From the NCBI GenBank assembly GCA_965205265.1, contig CBDBGH010000003.1, positions 3,040,001 through 3,104,000 on the forward strand: a DNA stretch of 64,000 nt. Direction: 5' to 3'. The position numbers and the translations under genes are program-made. The DNA is from Alphaproteobacteria bacterium. GTDB lineage: Bacteria; Pseudomonadota; Alphaproteobacteria; Bin95. Each line of letters starts with the position of its first letter. Position 1 is the stretch's first letter. The notes below the pieces were generated by a model that had not been told where the DNA came from, did no database searches, and saw only the letters and a list, made by a program, of their open reading frames with translations. Positions 22,480 through 32,914 of this stretch are shown piece after piece.

Positions 22480-22826
22480 CAGAGTTTCGCCGGCTTGCCG
22501 GACTCGGCGGCGGCGGCCTGCGCCGTCGCGGAAGGCTGTGGCGAGGCTGCGGCGGGCGGAGACTGGCTGGCCGGCGGCTTGACGACGGCCTTGTCGTCAA
22601 GCCAGTTGTCCACGCGGGTTGCGCTCTCGACGGATTTCTTGACCTCGTCGAGCTCGGCCTCGCGCGCCATGTCCTCGATGCCGGTCTGGAGCTCGCGCAC
22701 CGTGGCCCGCGCCTTGCGCACCCAGCCGCCCACGGTCTTCAGCATTTTCGGCAGGTCGCGCGGGCCTATGACGACGATCGCGATAACCGCGATCACGAGC
22801 ATCTCCGTCCAGCCGATATCGAGCAT
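22476..22826 (-). CDS. tatB: Tat translocase TatB
   Basis: MLDIGWTEMLVIAVIAIVVIGPRDLP. Confidence 0.95.
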   Translation of the reverse strand: MLDIGWTEMLVIAVIAIVVIGPRDLPKMLKTVGGWVRKARATVRELQTGIEDMAREAELDEVKKSVESATRVDNWLDDKAVVKPPASQSPPAAASPQPSATAQAAAAESGKPAKLW

Positions 22827-22851
22827 GGCGCGTTGCCGGCCCTCCCGGCCG

Positions 22852-23070
22852 TCAGGTGCGGGCTGCGGTGTCTTTTTCGCTTTCGGCGGCGGCGACGGTC
22901 TCCGCCGGCTTGGACTCGATGGCCGTCTCGCGGTCTTCCTCGTTCAAGCCTTTCTTGAAGTTCTTCACGCCCTTGGCGAGATCGCCCATCACGCGCGGGA
23001 GTTTCCCGGCGCCGAAGAGGATCAGGATTATCACCAGGACGATGATGACTTGCCAGGGACCGATGCTCAT
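22852..23070 (-). CDS. tatA: Tat translocase TatA
   Basis: [38 protein letters not shown]. Confidence 0.95.
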   Translation of the reverse strand: MSIGPWQVIIVLVIILILFGAGKLPRVMGDLAKGVKNFKKGLNEEDRETAIESKPAETVAAAESEKDTAART

Positions 23071-23132
23071 ATGCTGTGCCTCCTGCTGCTGGGCGCCCTT
23101 ATCGCAGAAGCGCGCGCCGCCCGCAACGCGGC

Positions 23133-24215
23133 TCAATCGCGAGGAAAGACGAAGACCTGCTCGCCGTCCAGCGAAAGCTGGCGCACTTCGCCCTCGCCGG
23201 CGGGAACGCGGCCGGGGGACCGGACGTGGAGATGGACGCCTTCCGGGGCGTCGGGACCGTAAACGCCCCGGGCGGCGGCGGCGAGCGTGAGATGGACGAG
23301 CGTGCTGCGGCCGACCATGCGCACGGCATCGACCCGGGCTTCCGCGCCGGCGCCGTCCGGTTCGCCGATGCGGATCGCCTCCGGCCGGACCAGCACCTGC
23401 ACGGCCGATCCGTCCGCGAAACCGGGAGCGGCAACGGATCCGAGCGGCGTTTCCACCCGTTCTCCCGCCACCAGCCCGTCGAACCGGTTCACCTCGCCGA
23501 GGAACGTGGCGACGAAGGGGCAGGTCGGCTCGCAATAGATTTCTTCCGGCGTGCCGTTCTGGACCACCCGGCCGTCCTGCATCACCACCACCCGGTCGGC
23601 CATCATCATGGCTTCCTCGGCATTGTGGGTGACAAACAGGGTCGCGGCGCCGCTCGTCTTCAGGAGGTGCATGGAATCGTCGCGCACCCGGCCGCCCAAC
23701 TCGGGGTCGAGGCCGGAGAACGGCTCGTCCAGCAGCACCAGATAGGGCTCCGGCGCGAGCGCGCGGGCGAGCGCGACGCGCTGCTGCTGGCCGCCGGAAA
23801 GGACGTGGGGATAGGCGCCGGCATAGGCGGACATGCCGACCTTGTCGAGCAGCTCGTCCGCCCGGCGGCGTTGCTCCCGCGCCGCGAGGCGGCTCAGGCC
23901 GAAGGTGACGTTGTCGCGCACCCGGAGATGCGGGAAAAGGGCATAGTCCTGAAACATCATCGAGACGCGCCGCTGCTCGGGCGGCACGGTCAGGCCCGGG
24001 CCGGTCACGGTCTCGCCGGCGATGGCGACCCGCCCATCCGCTGGACGTTCGAGGCCCGCGACGAGGCGCAATGTGGTGGTCTTGCCGCAGCCGGACGGCC
24101 CGAGCAGGCACACGATCTCGCCGGCATCCACCGCGAAGCTCACGCCGTCGAGCACGGTCTCGCCGTCATAGCCGTGCTCCAGGCCTTCCACTTCCAGAAG
24201 AATGGGTGCGCTCAT
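23133..24215 (-). CDS. ABC transporter ATP-binding protein (FbpC/PotA-like)
   Basis: [26 protein letters not shown]-like C-terminus. Confidence 0.9.
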   Translation of the reverse strand: MSAPILLEVEGLEHGYDGETVLDGVSFAVDAGEIVCLLGPSGCGKTTTLRLVAGLERPADGRVAIAGETVTGPGLTVPPEQRRVSMMFQDYALFPHLRVRDNVTFGLSRLAAREQRRRADELLDKVGMSAYAGAYPHVLSGGQQQRVALARALAPEPYLVLLDEPFSGLDPELGGRVRDDSMHLLKTSGAATLFVTHNAEEAMMMADRVVVMQDGRVVQNGTPEEIYCEPTCPFVATFLGEVNRFDGLVAGERVETPLGSVAAPGFADGSAVQVLVRPEAIRIGEPDGAGAEARVDAVRMVGRSTLVHLTLAAAARGVYGPDAPEGVHLHVRSPGRVPAGEGEVRQLSLDGEQVFVFPRD

Positions 24216-24229
24216 TCCCGCCGTTCCGC

Positions 24230-24919
24230 TCAGATGACCGTTATGAGCCCCTCGATGATCCACTCGACCGGCCGCCAGAGCAGCCAGTCCAGCGGGTCGA
24301 ACCCGATGCCCGCCCTGGACAGCAGCCAGGGCAGCACAAACAGCACGAGCAGGATAAGCACGATCCCGCCGCGCTCAAAGGGCAGGAGCAAGCTGCCGAT
24401 GCGGCCCGGCAGCAGTGCCGTCAGGATGCGCCCGCCGTCGAGCGGCGGCACCGGCAGCATGTTGAAGACCGCAAGCACTGCATTGAGGATCACGCTCTTC
24501 CTTGCGGTCTCGACAAGCCATTCCCGCCCCGGCATGTCGGGCGTCCAGCCCAATACCTGAAGGACGACGAGCGACAGGACGCAAAGCGCGATATTGGCCG
24601 CCGGACCGGCCACCGCCACCAGCGCCATGCCGAGCCTGATGGGCTGGAGCCGGCTGAAATCGACCGGCACCGGCTTCGCGTAGCCGATGAGGAAGGGCGC
24701 GCCGGAGAGCAGCAACAGTCCCGGCAACAGCAGCGTCCCTAAGGGGTCGATATGGCGGACGGGATTGAGCGTGACCCTGCCGAGGCGCCGGGCGGTGTCG
24801 TCGCCGAGCTTCGAGGCGGCCCAGCCATGCGCCGCCTCGTGGCAGCCCACGGCCAGCAGCAGGGGCAGCGCCCAGACCGACAACTGGTAGAGGAATTCCT
24901 CCAGCGAAACGCCGCTCAC
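24230..24919 (-). CDS. Site-2 protease (M50)
   Basis: HEAAH, AGPAAN, NMLPVPPLDGG. Confidence 0.93.
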   Translation of the reverse strand: MSGVSLEEFLYQLSVWALPLLLAVGCHEAAHGWAASKLGDDTARRLGRVTLNPVRHIDPLGTLLLPGLLLLSGAPFLIGYAKPVPVDFSRLQPIRLGMALVAVAGPAANIALCVLSLVVLQVLGWTPDMPGREWLVETARKSVILNAVLAVFNMLPVPPLDGGRILTALLPGRIGSLLLPFERGGIVLILLVLFVLPWLLSRAGIGFDPLDWLLWRPVEWIIEGLITVI

Positions 24920-25845
24920 GATGCCCCCAGCCAGTTCCGGGCGCGCCGCCAGCGCGCAGCCGCCGCCGCCGTCATGCGGCCGGCCGCGGCGGCGACCTCG
25001 GCCATCTCGGCGGCGTCCGCGTTGCAGTGGAGCGCGATGTCGCAGCCGGCGTCGAGCGCCCGGCGGGTCCTCGCGCCGAACGGGCCGTCAAGCGCGTGCA
25101 TGGAGAGGTCGTCGGTAAGCAGCAGCCCGTCGAAGCCGATGCGCCCGCGCACGATCTCCCCGATCACCGCGGGCGAGAGCGTTGCCGGCAGCCGGGCGTC
25201 CCAGTCGCGGTAGAGCACATGGGCGGTCATGCCGACCGGCAGGTCGGCGAGCGCGGAGAAGGCCGCAACGGAAGGCTCGTCGGCATCCGTCTCCGGCAGG
25301 ATTTCGTGGCTGTCGCCAACCGCACGCCCGTGGCCCGGCAGGTGCTTGAGCACCGGCAGCACGCCCGCCTCTCGCAGGCCCTCGGCATAGGAGCGGGCAT
25401 GCACCGACACGATGGCGGGGTCGCTGGAGAAGGCGCGCTCGCCGATCACCTCGTGGGTGAGTCCGGGCGCGTGGACATCCGCGACCGGAGCGCAGTTCAC
25501 ATCGATGCCGAGCCCGGCCAGCATCTCGCCGATGGCGCGCGCCGTCGCCCGCGTCTCCCCGGCAGACCCCTCGGCCAACCGGGCGGCGGAAGGAAAGGCC
25601 GGCCATTCGGGCGGGCCGAGCCGGGCCACGCGCCCGCCTTCCTGGTCGATCAGCACAGGCGCGGCGGCATCGCCCACCGCCTCGCGCAGCTCGCAAGCGA
25701 GCCGGCGAATGGCCGCAGCGTCGCCGAGATTGCGCTCGAACAGGATGAAGCCCAGCGGATCCGCGTCGCGGAAGAAGTCGCGCTCCCGGGCCGTGAGCAC
25801 AGGGCCCGAGCAGCCGAAAACGGCCGCTAGCGGCGCCTCGCGCAC
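24916..25845 (-). CDS. nagZ: Beta-N-acetylhexosaminidase
   Basis: IDQEGGRVARL, KHLPGHGRAVGDSH, TDDLSM; start approximate (GTG). Confidence 0.93.
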   Translation of the reverse strand: MREAPLAAVFGCSGPVLTARERDFFRDADPLGFILFERNLGDAAAIRRLACELREAVGDAAAPVLIDQEGGRVARLGPPEWPAFPSAARLAEGSAGETRATARAIGEMLAGLGIDVNCAPVADVHAPGLTHEVIGERAFSSDPAIVSVHARSYAEGLREAGVLPVLKHLPGHGRAVGDSHEILPETDADEPSVAAFSALADLPVGMTAHVLYRDWDARLPATLSPAVIGEIVRGRIGFDGLLLTDDLSMHALDGPFGARTRRALDAGCDIALHCNADAAEMAEVAAAAGRMTAAAAARWRRARNWLGAS

Positions 25846-25855
25846 AACGGTCCGC

Positions 25856-26530
25856 TCAGCGGACGAGGGAACAATCGACATTGCGCGCCTTGAGCTGTTC
25901 GCAGACGAGTTGCGCCAGCGCCGCGTTCGAGACGGGGCCGGCGCGGACCCGGACGACCCCCTCGCCATGGACGAATTGCGCATCCATGCGCCCCAACAGG
26001 TCGTCATGCCGCTTCCTGAGTCCCTCCCAGGCCTCGCGGGCGGCGGCCTCTGTGCCGAATGCGCCGAGCTGCACGGAAAGGGGAGCCGCGGCTTGCTGCT
26101 GCGGCCTTGCAGGGGGCGCGGGCGGGGCGGCGGCGGTCGCGCTGCCGCCCCGAGGGGCCGGCACCGGCATGGGCGCGGCCTTCGGCCCGGTTTCCGCCGG
26201 TTCGGAGGATGGTGCCGGCGTCGGAGGCGGGATCACCGGCCGGGGCGCCTCCGGCAGCGGGCCGATGGTTTCGGGCACCGCGCCCGGCCGGCCGCGCACC
26301 AGCGCCTCGTAGATGCTCGCATCCTGATGGTCCACTTCGAGTCCCCCCCGGTCCTTCGGCACCACCTTGTAATCCCCCTCCGGAGCCTTGACGACAGGCA
26401 GGTCCGCATCGCTCGACCCCTGCAGCGCCCAGTAGCCGAACCATAGCAGCCCGCCCACCGCGACGACCGACAACACGCCCAGGCCCGCAAGCCGGAACGT
26501 ATGGCGTCGGTTGTCGGGCGCCGCCGCCAC
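25856..26530 (-). CDS. SPOR-domain membrane protein
   Basis: N-terminal TM, Pro-rich linker, VQLGAF...RVRAGP...C..L....C. Confidence 0.88.
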   Translation of the reverse strand: MAAAPDNRRHTFRLAGLGVLSVVAVGGLLWFGYWALQGSSDADLPVVKAPEGDYKVVPKDRGGLEVDHQDASIYEALVRGRPGAVPETIGPLPEAPRPVIPPPTPAPSSEPAETGPKAAPMPVPAPRGGSATAAAPPAPPARPQQQAAAPLSVQLGAFGTEAAAREAWEGLRKRHDDLLGRMDAQFVHGEGVVRVRAGPVSNAALAQLVCEQLKARNVDCSLVR

Positions 26531-26534
26531 GGCC

Positions 26535-28241
26535 CTACATCCGTTCCACCGGCTCGACGCCGAGCGTCCGGAGCCCCCCGGCGATGACGATGGCGGTCGC
26601 GCGGACCAGCGCCAGCCGGGCGCGGGTGCCGGCCGGGTCGTCCTCCTGGATGAATCTCAGCCGGGCGTTCTCCCGGCCCTTCGTCCAGAGCGCGTGGAAA
26701 TCGGTCGCAGCGTCCATGAGGTAGAAGGCCGCGCGGTGCGGCTCATGCGCGGCCGCCGCCGTCTCGACGGTGTGCGGCCAGGCCGCCAGCCTGCGGATCA
26801 GCGCCAGTTCCTCGGGCGCTTCGAGATGCGCCAGGTCTTCCGCGTCCGCCTCGCCGATCCCCTCGCCGTGGCGCAGCACGGAGCAGCAGCGGGCATGGGC
26901 GTACTGGACATAGAACACGGGATTGTCGCGCGACTGGGCCACCGCCTGGGCGAGGTCGAAATCGAGCGGCGCATCGTTGCGGCGGGTGAGCATCAGGAAG
27001 CGCAGCGCATCGCGCCCGACCTCGTCCACGACTTCGCTGAGGGTGACGAAATCGCCGCTGCGCTTGGACATGCGCACCAGTTCGCCGCCGCGCAGCACGC
27101 GCACCAGCTGGCAGATCTTCACATCCAGCCTGGCGTCGGTCGCGGCCGATACCGCCGCCTGCATCCGCTTGACATAGCCGCCATGGTCGGCGCCCCAGAC
27201 ATCTATGAGTTCCTCGAAGCCGCGCGCCGCCTTGTCCATGTGGTAGGCGATGTCGGAGGCGAAATAGGTCCAGCCGCCGTCCGACTTCTTCAGCGGCCGG
27301 TCCACATCGTCGCCCGCCTCGGTCGAGCGGAACAGCATCTGCCGGCGGCCGGGCTCCCAGTCGTCCGGTTTCCTGCCTTTGGGCGGGTCCAGCACGCCCC
27401 AATAGACCAGCCCCTTTTGCTCCAGGCCGGCAATCGCGCGCTCAACGCCGCCGGACTCGACCAGTGCGCGCTCGGAGGCGAACACCTGCTGCTCGATGCC
27501 GGCGGCGGCCAGGTCCTCGCGGATCGCCGCCATCATCGCGGCGACGGCCCGGTCGCGGAAGGGCGCCAGCCACTCGGATTCGCCGGCGTCCCGGTAGCGG
27601 GGGCCGAACTCCTCCGCAAGCGCGGCGCCCACCGGCTTCAGGTAGTCGCCGGGATACATGTCTTCCGCCATCGGCCCCGGCGCTTCTCCCAGCGCCTCCA
27701 GATAGCGGTGGTGGACGGAACGGCCGAGCGCATCCACCTGGGCGCCGGCATCGTTGATGTAATACTCGGTGGTGACGTCGTAACCGGCCTTTGCAAGCAG
27801 GCGGGCGAGCGCATCGCCGAACACGGCGCCCCGCGCATGGCCGACATGCAGCGGTCCCGTCGGGTTGGTGGAGACATATTCGACATTCACCCGCCGGCCT
27901 GCGCCCCCGTCCGAGTCCCCGTAGGCCGGGCCCGCCGCGAGGATCGCCGGAATCTGCCCCCGCCAGAACCCCGGAGCCATGCGCAGATTGACGAAGCCGG
28001 GGCCGGCGACCCCGGCGCTCGCGACCCTCCCGTCGGCGCGGAGGCGCCCGGCAAGCGCGTCCGCCAGGTCGCGGGGTTTCTTTCCGGCGGCGCGGGCCGA
28101 CGTCATCGCCGCATTGGTGGCGAAATCCCCATGCGCCGGGTCGCGCGGCAACTCCACTCCGGCGGCGGGCGCGTCCAGCCCGTCCGCGACATCGCGGAGG
28201 GCGGCGCGCACGGCCTGTCCGAGTTCGCGAAAGACATTCAT
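26535..28241 (-). CDS. argS: Arginine--tRNA ligase
   Basis: [33 protein letters not shown]. Confidence 0.97.
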   Translation of the reverse strand: MNVFRELGQAVRAALRDVADGLDAPAAGVELPRDPAHGDFATNAAMTSARAAGKKPRDLADALAGRLRADGRVASAGVAGPGFVNLRMAPGFWRGQIPAILAAGPAYGDSDGGAGRRVNVEYVSTNPTGPLHVGHARGAVFGDALARLLAKAGYDVTTEYYINDAGAQVDALGRSVHHRYLEALGEAPGPMAEDMYPGDYLKPVGAALAEEFGPRYRDAGESEWLAPFRDRAVAAMMAAIREDLAAAGIEQQVFASERALVESGGVERAIAGLEQKGLVYWGVLDPPKGRKPDDWEPGRRQMLFRSTEAGDDVDRPLKKSDGGWTYFASDIAYHMDKAARGFEELIDVWGADHGGYVKRMQAAVSAATDARLDVKICQLVRVLRGGELVRMSKRSGDFVTLSEVVDEVGRDALRFLMLTRRNDAPLDFDLAQAVAQSRDNPVFYVQYAHARCCSVLRHGEGIGEADAEDLAHLEAPEELALIRRLAAWPHTVETAAAAHEPHRAAFYLMDAATDFHALWTKGRENARLRFIQEDDPAGTRARLALVRATAIVIAGGLRTLGVEPVERM

Positions 28242-29401
28242 CCGGACGGGTTGTCTCCCCTGCAGAGGCGGGCGTGTTCGCTGTCGGCGAAGCGGTCGGT
28301 CATGCCGGCAATATAGTCCGCAACGACGCGCGCCGCCCGGCAGGCGTCCGCGCCCTCCGCGCGCCGGCGCCATTCCGGGGGCAGCGCTTCGGGCCGGGCC
28401 GAAAGCGCGCCGAACAGGTCCGTCACCACGGTCCGGGCCCTCCCGGTCTCCGCCTCGATACGGGGATGGCGGAAGACCCGCTCGCGCATGAAGGCCTTGA
28501 GCGCCCGGTCCGTGTCCGCCATGCCTTCCGAGAAGGCGACCAGCGGCCGGCCCGCCCGGCGGACATCGTCGGCGGTCTCCGGCCGGACCAGGGCCAGCCG
28601 CCGGCGCGTCTCCGCCACCGTATCCGCCACCATCGCGCGCACGCCCCGGCGCACGGTCTCGTGAATGAGGCGCGCCGGCGCCAGCTTGCCGTAGCGCGCT
28701 TCCACCTCGGCCATGGCCCCGCCGAAAAGCGGCAGGCCGCGCAGGTCGTCGGGGCGCAGCAGGCCGGAACGAACGCCGTCGTCGATATCGTGGTTGTTGT
28801 AGGCGATGTCGTCGGCGAGCGCGGCGGCCTGCGCTTCGAGGCCCGGCCACTCTTCGAGCCGGAGGTCCAGTTCGCGGTCCAGTTCCGCGACGGGGACGGG
28901 AACGGCGCCGGGAACGGCGGGCCCGTTATGCTTGGCGAGCCCTTCCAGCGTTTCCCAGGTCAGGTTCAGGCCGTCGAAGGCGGCGTAGCGGGCCTCCAGC
29001 CGGGTGACGATGCGCAGGGTCTGCACATTGTGGTCGAAGCCGCCGCAGCCGGCGAGCGCGCGATCGAGCGCGGCTTCGCCCGCATGGCCGAAAGGCGTGT
29101 GGCCGAGATCGTGCGCCAGCGCCAGCGTCTCCGCCAGGGTTTCCTCGAGCGCGAGGCTGCGGCAGATGCTGCGCGCGATCTGCCCGACTTCGAGCGAGTG
29201 GGTCAGCCGGCTGCGGTAGTGGTCGCCCTCATGCGAGACGAACACTTGGGTCTTGTATTGCAGCCGGCGGAAGGCGGCGGAATGGAGGATGCGGTCGCGG
29301 TCGCGCTGGAAGGGCGTGCGGTCGGCGGCCTCCGGCTCCGGATGGCGCCGGCCCCGACCGGCCGAGGGCGAGGCGGCATAGGGCGCGAGCGGCGCGTTCA
29401 T
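28238..29401 (-). CDS. dgt: dGTP triphosphohydrolase
   Basis: [32 protein letters not shown]. Confidence 0.95.
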   Translation of the reverse strand: MNAPLAPYAASPSAGRGRRHPEPEAADRTPFQRDRDRILHSAAFRRLQYKTQVFVSHEGDHYRSRLTHSLEVGQIARSICRSLALEETLAETLALAHDLGHTPFGHAGEAALDRALAGCGGFDHNVQTLRIVTRLEARYAAFDGLNLTWETLEGLAKHNGPAVPGAVPVPVAELDRELDLRLEEWPGLEAQAAALADDIAYNNHDIDDGVRSGLLRPDDLRGLPLFGGAMAEVEARYGKLAPARLIHETVRRGVRAMVADTVAETRRRLALVRPETADDVRRAGRPLVAFSEGMADTDRALKAFMRERVFRHPRIEAETGRARTVVTDLFGALSARPEALPPEWRRRAEGADACRAARVVADYIAGMTDRFADSEHARLCRGDNPSG

Positions 29402-29630
29402 CGCCGCCGGCCGGCCGCGCCGCCGCCTTCGCCCATCCTGTCGGTCATGCGCTGTCCTTTTCGGGGCTTCCGCTCTGACATCCCGCCCGGCGGCGGCCCG
29501 CAACATAGCATTGCGGGGCTCCCGAGGGCCAGCGGTCCGTTTTCGTTCTTGCACGCTGCGGCAGGCCATGCTTATGTTTCGGGAATGAACGAGACCGGTC
29601 CCCGCGACGGGCCGGAGAGACAGGAAGGCC

Positions 29631-29957
29631 GTGGCGACCGTATCGCAGGACCGCATCCGCAGCGAACTCGAACGGCAGGGCATCCAGTCCGATGTCGCCG
29701 CTGCCCTTGCGGGGGCCGCTGCAACGCGCGCCGCCGCGCCATCTTATAGGGACTGGTTGCTGCCCATTCTGGCTGCGGGCCTGCTGGCGCTGCTCGGCTG
29801 GATCGCGCTCTCCATCCACGACATGAACGCCCGCATCGGTGTCGTCGAAACCCGCCTGATCGGGCTGGAAGAGGGACAGGCATCGATCAGGAAGGAACTC
29901 CAGACCCTCAATAGCAGGGTGGACGACATCTACCGGCGCGTGCCTCCCGAGAGGTAG
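29631..29957 (+). CDS. Small membrane protein with C-terminal coiled coil
   Basis: AGGAAGG RBS before GTG; one TM segment followed by heptad repeats. Confidence 0.6.
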   Translation: MATVSQDRIRSELERQGIQSDVAAALAGAAATRAAAPSYRDWLLPILAAGLLALLGWIALSIHDMNARIGVVETRLIGLEEGQASIRKELQTLNSRVDDIYRRVPPER

Positions 29958-29979
29958 CGCCGCGCTTCGAGACCCCCGC

Positions 29980-30780
29980 TCACGCGCCCCGGAAATTCGC
30001 CGGGCGCGACTCGCGGAAGGCGGCGACGCCTTCGGCGAAATCCTCCGTGAGCTCCGTCAGCATGACCTCCTCCGTGTCCATGTGGATGGCGGCCCCGGCG
30101 AGCGCGCCGGCGATGGCGTTCACGGTGGTCTTGGTCATGCGCAGCGGCACGGGCGGCATGGCGGCGGCGCGGGCGGCGAGTTCGAGCGCGCGGGCCGCCG
30201 CCCTGCCGTCCTCCACCACCTCCTGCGCCAGCCCCCAGGCGAGCGCGTCGGCGGCCCCGATGCGGTCATTGCCGAGGCAGAGGATCTGCTTGGCGCGGGC
30301 CGGGCCCACAAGCGCCACGAGGCGCGGGATCGTGCCCCAGCTCATGGAGAGGCCGAGCGCCACTTCCGGCGCACGGAAATGCGCCCCCCGGCCCATCACG
30401 CGAAGGTCGAAGGCGGCCGCGAGCGCGAGCCCGCCGCCGATGGCGAACCGCTCTATCGCGGCAACGGTGAATTGCTCCAGCCCCTCCCAGGCCGCGCAGA
30501 GGCGCTTGCCGGCCCCGGCCGCATGGCGCCGCGCGAGCATCGGCTTGTCGCGGCGCAGCGCCATCGCCGGGTCCGCGAGGTCGCGCCCGGCGGAAAAGCC
30601 GCTGCCCTCCGGCATGCGCAGCACGATGGCGGAGGTTTCGAGGTCGTCCCGGAAGCCGAGCGCCGCGTCGGTCAGCTCCTCGACCGCCTGGAGCGACAGC
30701 GGGTTCAGCCGGTTGCCCCGGTCGAAGGTGACGGTTGCGACGCGGCCCTCGCGCCGGACGGAGACATAATCGTAAGCCAT
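29980..30780 (-). CDS. Enoyl-CoA hydratase/isomerase family protein
   Basis: FSAGRDL, AIGGG, PEVALG, EGVAAFRE.R. Confidence 0.9.
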   Translation of the reverse strand: MAYDYVSVRREGRVATVTFDRGNRLNPLSLQAVEELTDAALGFRDDLETSAIVLRMPEGSGFSAGRDLADPAMALRRDKPMLARRHAAGAGKRLCAAWEGLEQFTVAAIERFAIGGGLALAAAFDLRVMGRGAHFRAPEVALGLSMSWGTIPRLVALVGPARAKQILCLGNDRIGAADALAWGLAQEVVEDGRAAARALELAARAAAMPPVPLRMTKTTVNAIAGALAGAAIHMDTEEVMLTELTEDFAEGVAAFRESRPANFRGA

Positions 30781-30815
30781 GAGGGAGCGGTCCTTGTCGG
30801 GTGGCGGGAAGGGGG

Positions 30816-31466
30816 TCAGAAGCCGAGCGCCCGGGGAATGTCGGCGAAGCAGTTCAGCAGGGGCGCCGGGCCGCAGGGCCGGCCGTAACCGTAGCCGACG
30901 CCGACGAACAGCGCCCCCGCGCCCCGCGCCGCCTCCTCGTCATTGCGGGAATCGCCGACCAGCGCCGCAGAGGCGGGCCGGCTGCCGAGCGGCTCCAGGC
31001 AGGCGAGCAGATGGCGCGGGTCGGGCTTGCGGAACGGCGTGCGATCGCCGCCGACCAGCACCCGGAACCGCTCCCGGACGCCGAGCGCGGAAAGCGTGCG
31101 GTCGGCGGCCGCCTGCGGCTTGTTGGTGCACACGCCGAGCCTGAGGCCTGCCGCGGCCAGCCGCGCCAGCGTTTCCTCGACGCCCGGATACAGCCGCCCG
31201 AGGACCGGCTGGGCCGGATCGACATAGGCGTCGGCGAAGGCGCGCGCGCCGCGGTCGAGCGAATCCCCATCCATCGGTCCGCCCCGCAGCGCAAAGGCGC
31301 GCTCGACGGCCTTGCGGGCGCCGTCGCCGACGATACGCGCGGCTTCCTCGCTGGTGACCGGGTCGAGGCCCTCGCCCGCCAGCGCCGCATTCGCCGCAAA
31401 CGCGATGTCGGCGGCGCTGTCCACCAGCGTGCCGTCGAGATCGAAGATGACGGTGTCGATTGTCAT
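30816..31466 (-). CDS. gph: Phosphoglycolate phosphatase (HAD)
   Basis: FDLDGTLVDS, CTNKP, KPDP, VGDS.ND; divergent from glmU. Confidence 0.85.
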   Translation of the reverse strand: MTIDTVIFDLDGTLVDSAADIAFAANAALAGEGLDPVTSEEAARIVGDGARKAVERAFALRGGPMDGDSLDRGARAFADAYVDPAQPVLGRLYPGVEETLARLAAAGLRLGVCTNKPQAAADRTLSALGVRERFRVLVGGDRTPFRKPDPRHLLACLEPLGSRPASAALVGDSRNDEEAARGAGALFVGVGYGYGRPCGPAPLLNCFADIPRALGF

Positions 31467-31555
31467 AACCCGCAACAAAGCTTGAACCGCCGCCGATTGC
31501 GCCGCAACGAATTTCGCATAGGTTTCGGGCGGGGTCCCGGACAGGAGGCGAGGAC

Positions 31556-32899
31556 ATGGCGCGGCGGGCGCTGGCGGCGGTGGTGCTGGCGGCAGGCAGG
31601 GGCGAACGGATGCGCTCGTCGATGCCGAAGGCGCTGCATGAGGTCGCGGGCCGGGCCATGGTCGCCCATGTGATCGACACGCTGGGCGGTCTTGCGCCGG
31701 AGCGGATCGTCTGCGTGACGGGGCCCGGCATGGACGGGGTGGCCGCGGCGGCCGCACCGGCGGAGGCGGTCCTGCAGGCGGAGCAGCTCGGCACCGCCCA
31801 TGCCGTGATGGCGGCGCGCGGGGCGCTTGGCGGTTTCGAGGGCGCGGTGCTGGTGCTGTTCGCGGACACGCCGCTCATCCGGGCGGAGACGATGCAGGCG
31901 CTCGCCGATGCGGTGGACGGGGGCGCGGCCGTCGCCGTGCTGGGGATGCGTCCCGCCGGCGCCAACGAATACGGGCGGGTGGCGCTCGACGGGGCGGGCC
32001 GGCCGGAAGCGGTTGTGGAGTGGCGCGACGCCGGGCCGGAGGCGCGCGTCCTGCCGGTCTGCAATGCGGGCGTCATGGCAGTGGACGGCCGCCGGCTCTT
32101 CGCGCTGCTCGACCGGGTCGGCAGCGACAATGCCAAGGGCGAGTTCTACCTGACCGACATCGTGGCGCTCGCGCGGGCGGACGGGCTGGAGACCGCGCTG
32201 GTCGAGGTGCGGGAGGAAGAGGCGCTCGGCGTCAACTCGCGCGCCGAGCTCGCCCGCGCCGAGGCCGTCATGCAGCGCCGGCTGAGAGAGCGCGCCTTCG
32301 ATGCCGGGGTCACGATGGCGATGCCGGAGACCGTCTATCTCAGCTACGATACGAGTTTCGGCAGGGACGTGACCGTCGGCCCGCACACCGTGTTCCTGAC
32401 CGGTGTGACGGTCGGGGACAATGTCGATATCCGGGCGTTCTGCCATCTGAAGGGCGCGGTGCTGAGAAGCGGCGCGCGCATCGGCCCCTATGCGCGGCTC
32501 CGGCCGGGCGCCGATGTCGGGCCGGGCGCCGGGGTCGGCAATTTCGTCGAGGTCAAGAACGCCGTGCTGGAGGCGGGCGCGAGGGCGAACCACCTCGCCT
32601 ATATCGGCGATGCGCATGTCGGCGCACACGCCAATATCGGCGCGGGCACGATCACCTGCAACTATGACGGCTTCCGCAAGCACCGGACCGAAATCGGCGC
32701 GGGCGCCTTCATCGGCTCCAACACCGCGCTCGTCGCGCCCGTCTCGGTCGGCCCCGGCGCGGTGGTGGGCGCGGGCTCGACCGTCAGCCGCAATGTCGAG
32801 GCGGACGCGCTGGTGGTGGAGCGCGCCGAGCAGACCGAGCGCAAGGGCTGGGCGGCGCGGCTGCGCATGCGCCGCAACCGCCAGTCCGCCGGCGACTGA
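31556..32899 (+). CDS. glmU: Bifunctional GlmU
   Basis: LAAGRGERM.S..PK, hexapeptide repeats, GNFVEVK, CNYDG. Confidence 0.97.
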   Translation: MARRALAAVVLAAGRGERMRSSMPKALHEVAGRAMVAHVIDTLGGLAPERIVCVTGPGMDGVAAAAAPAEAVLQAEQLGTAHAVMAARGALGGFEGAVLVLFADTPLIRAETMQALADAVDGGAAVAVLGMRPAGANEYGRVALDGAGRPEAVVEWRDAGPEARVLPVCNAGVMAVDGRRLFALLDRVGSDNAKGEFYLTDIVALARADGLETALVEVREEEALGVNSRAELARAEAVMQRRLRERAFDAGVTMAMPETVYLSYDTSFGRDVTVGPHTVFLTGVTVGDNVDIRAFCHLKGAVLRSGARIGPYARLRPGADVGPGAGVGNFVEVKNAVLEAGARANHLAYIGDAHVGAHANIGAGTITCNYDGFRKHRTEIGAGAFIGSNTALVAPVSVGPGAVVGAGSTVSRNVEADALVVERAEQTERKGWAARLRMRRNRQSAGD

Positions 32900-32914
32900 C
32901 AGGGCCCGGCGCCC

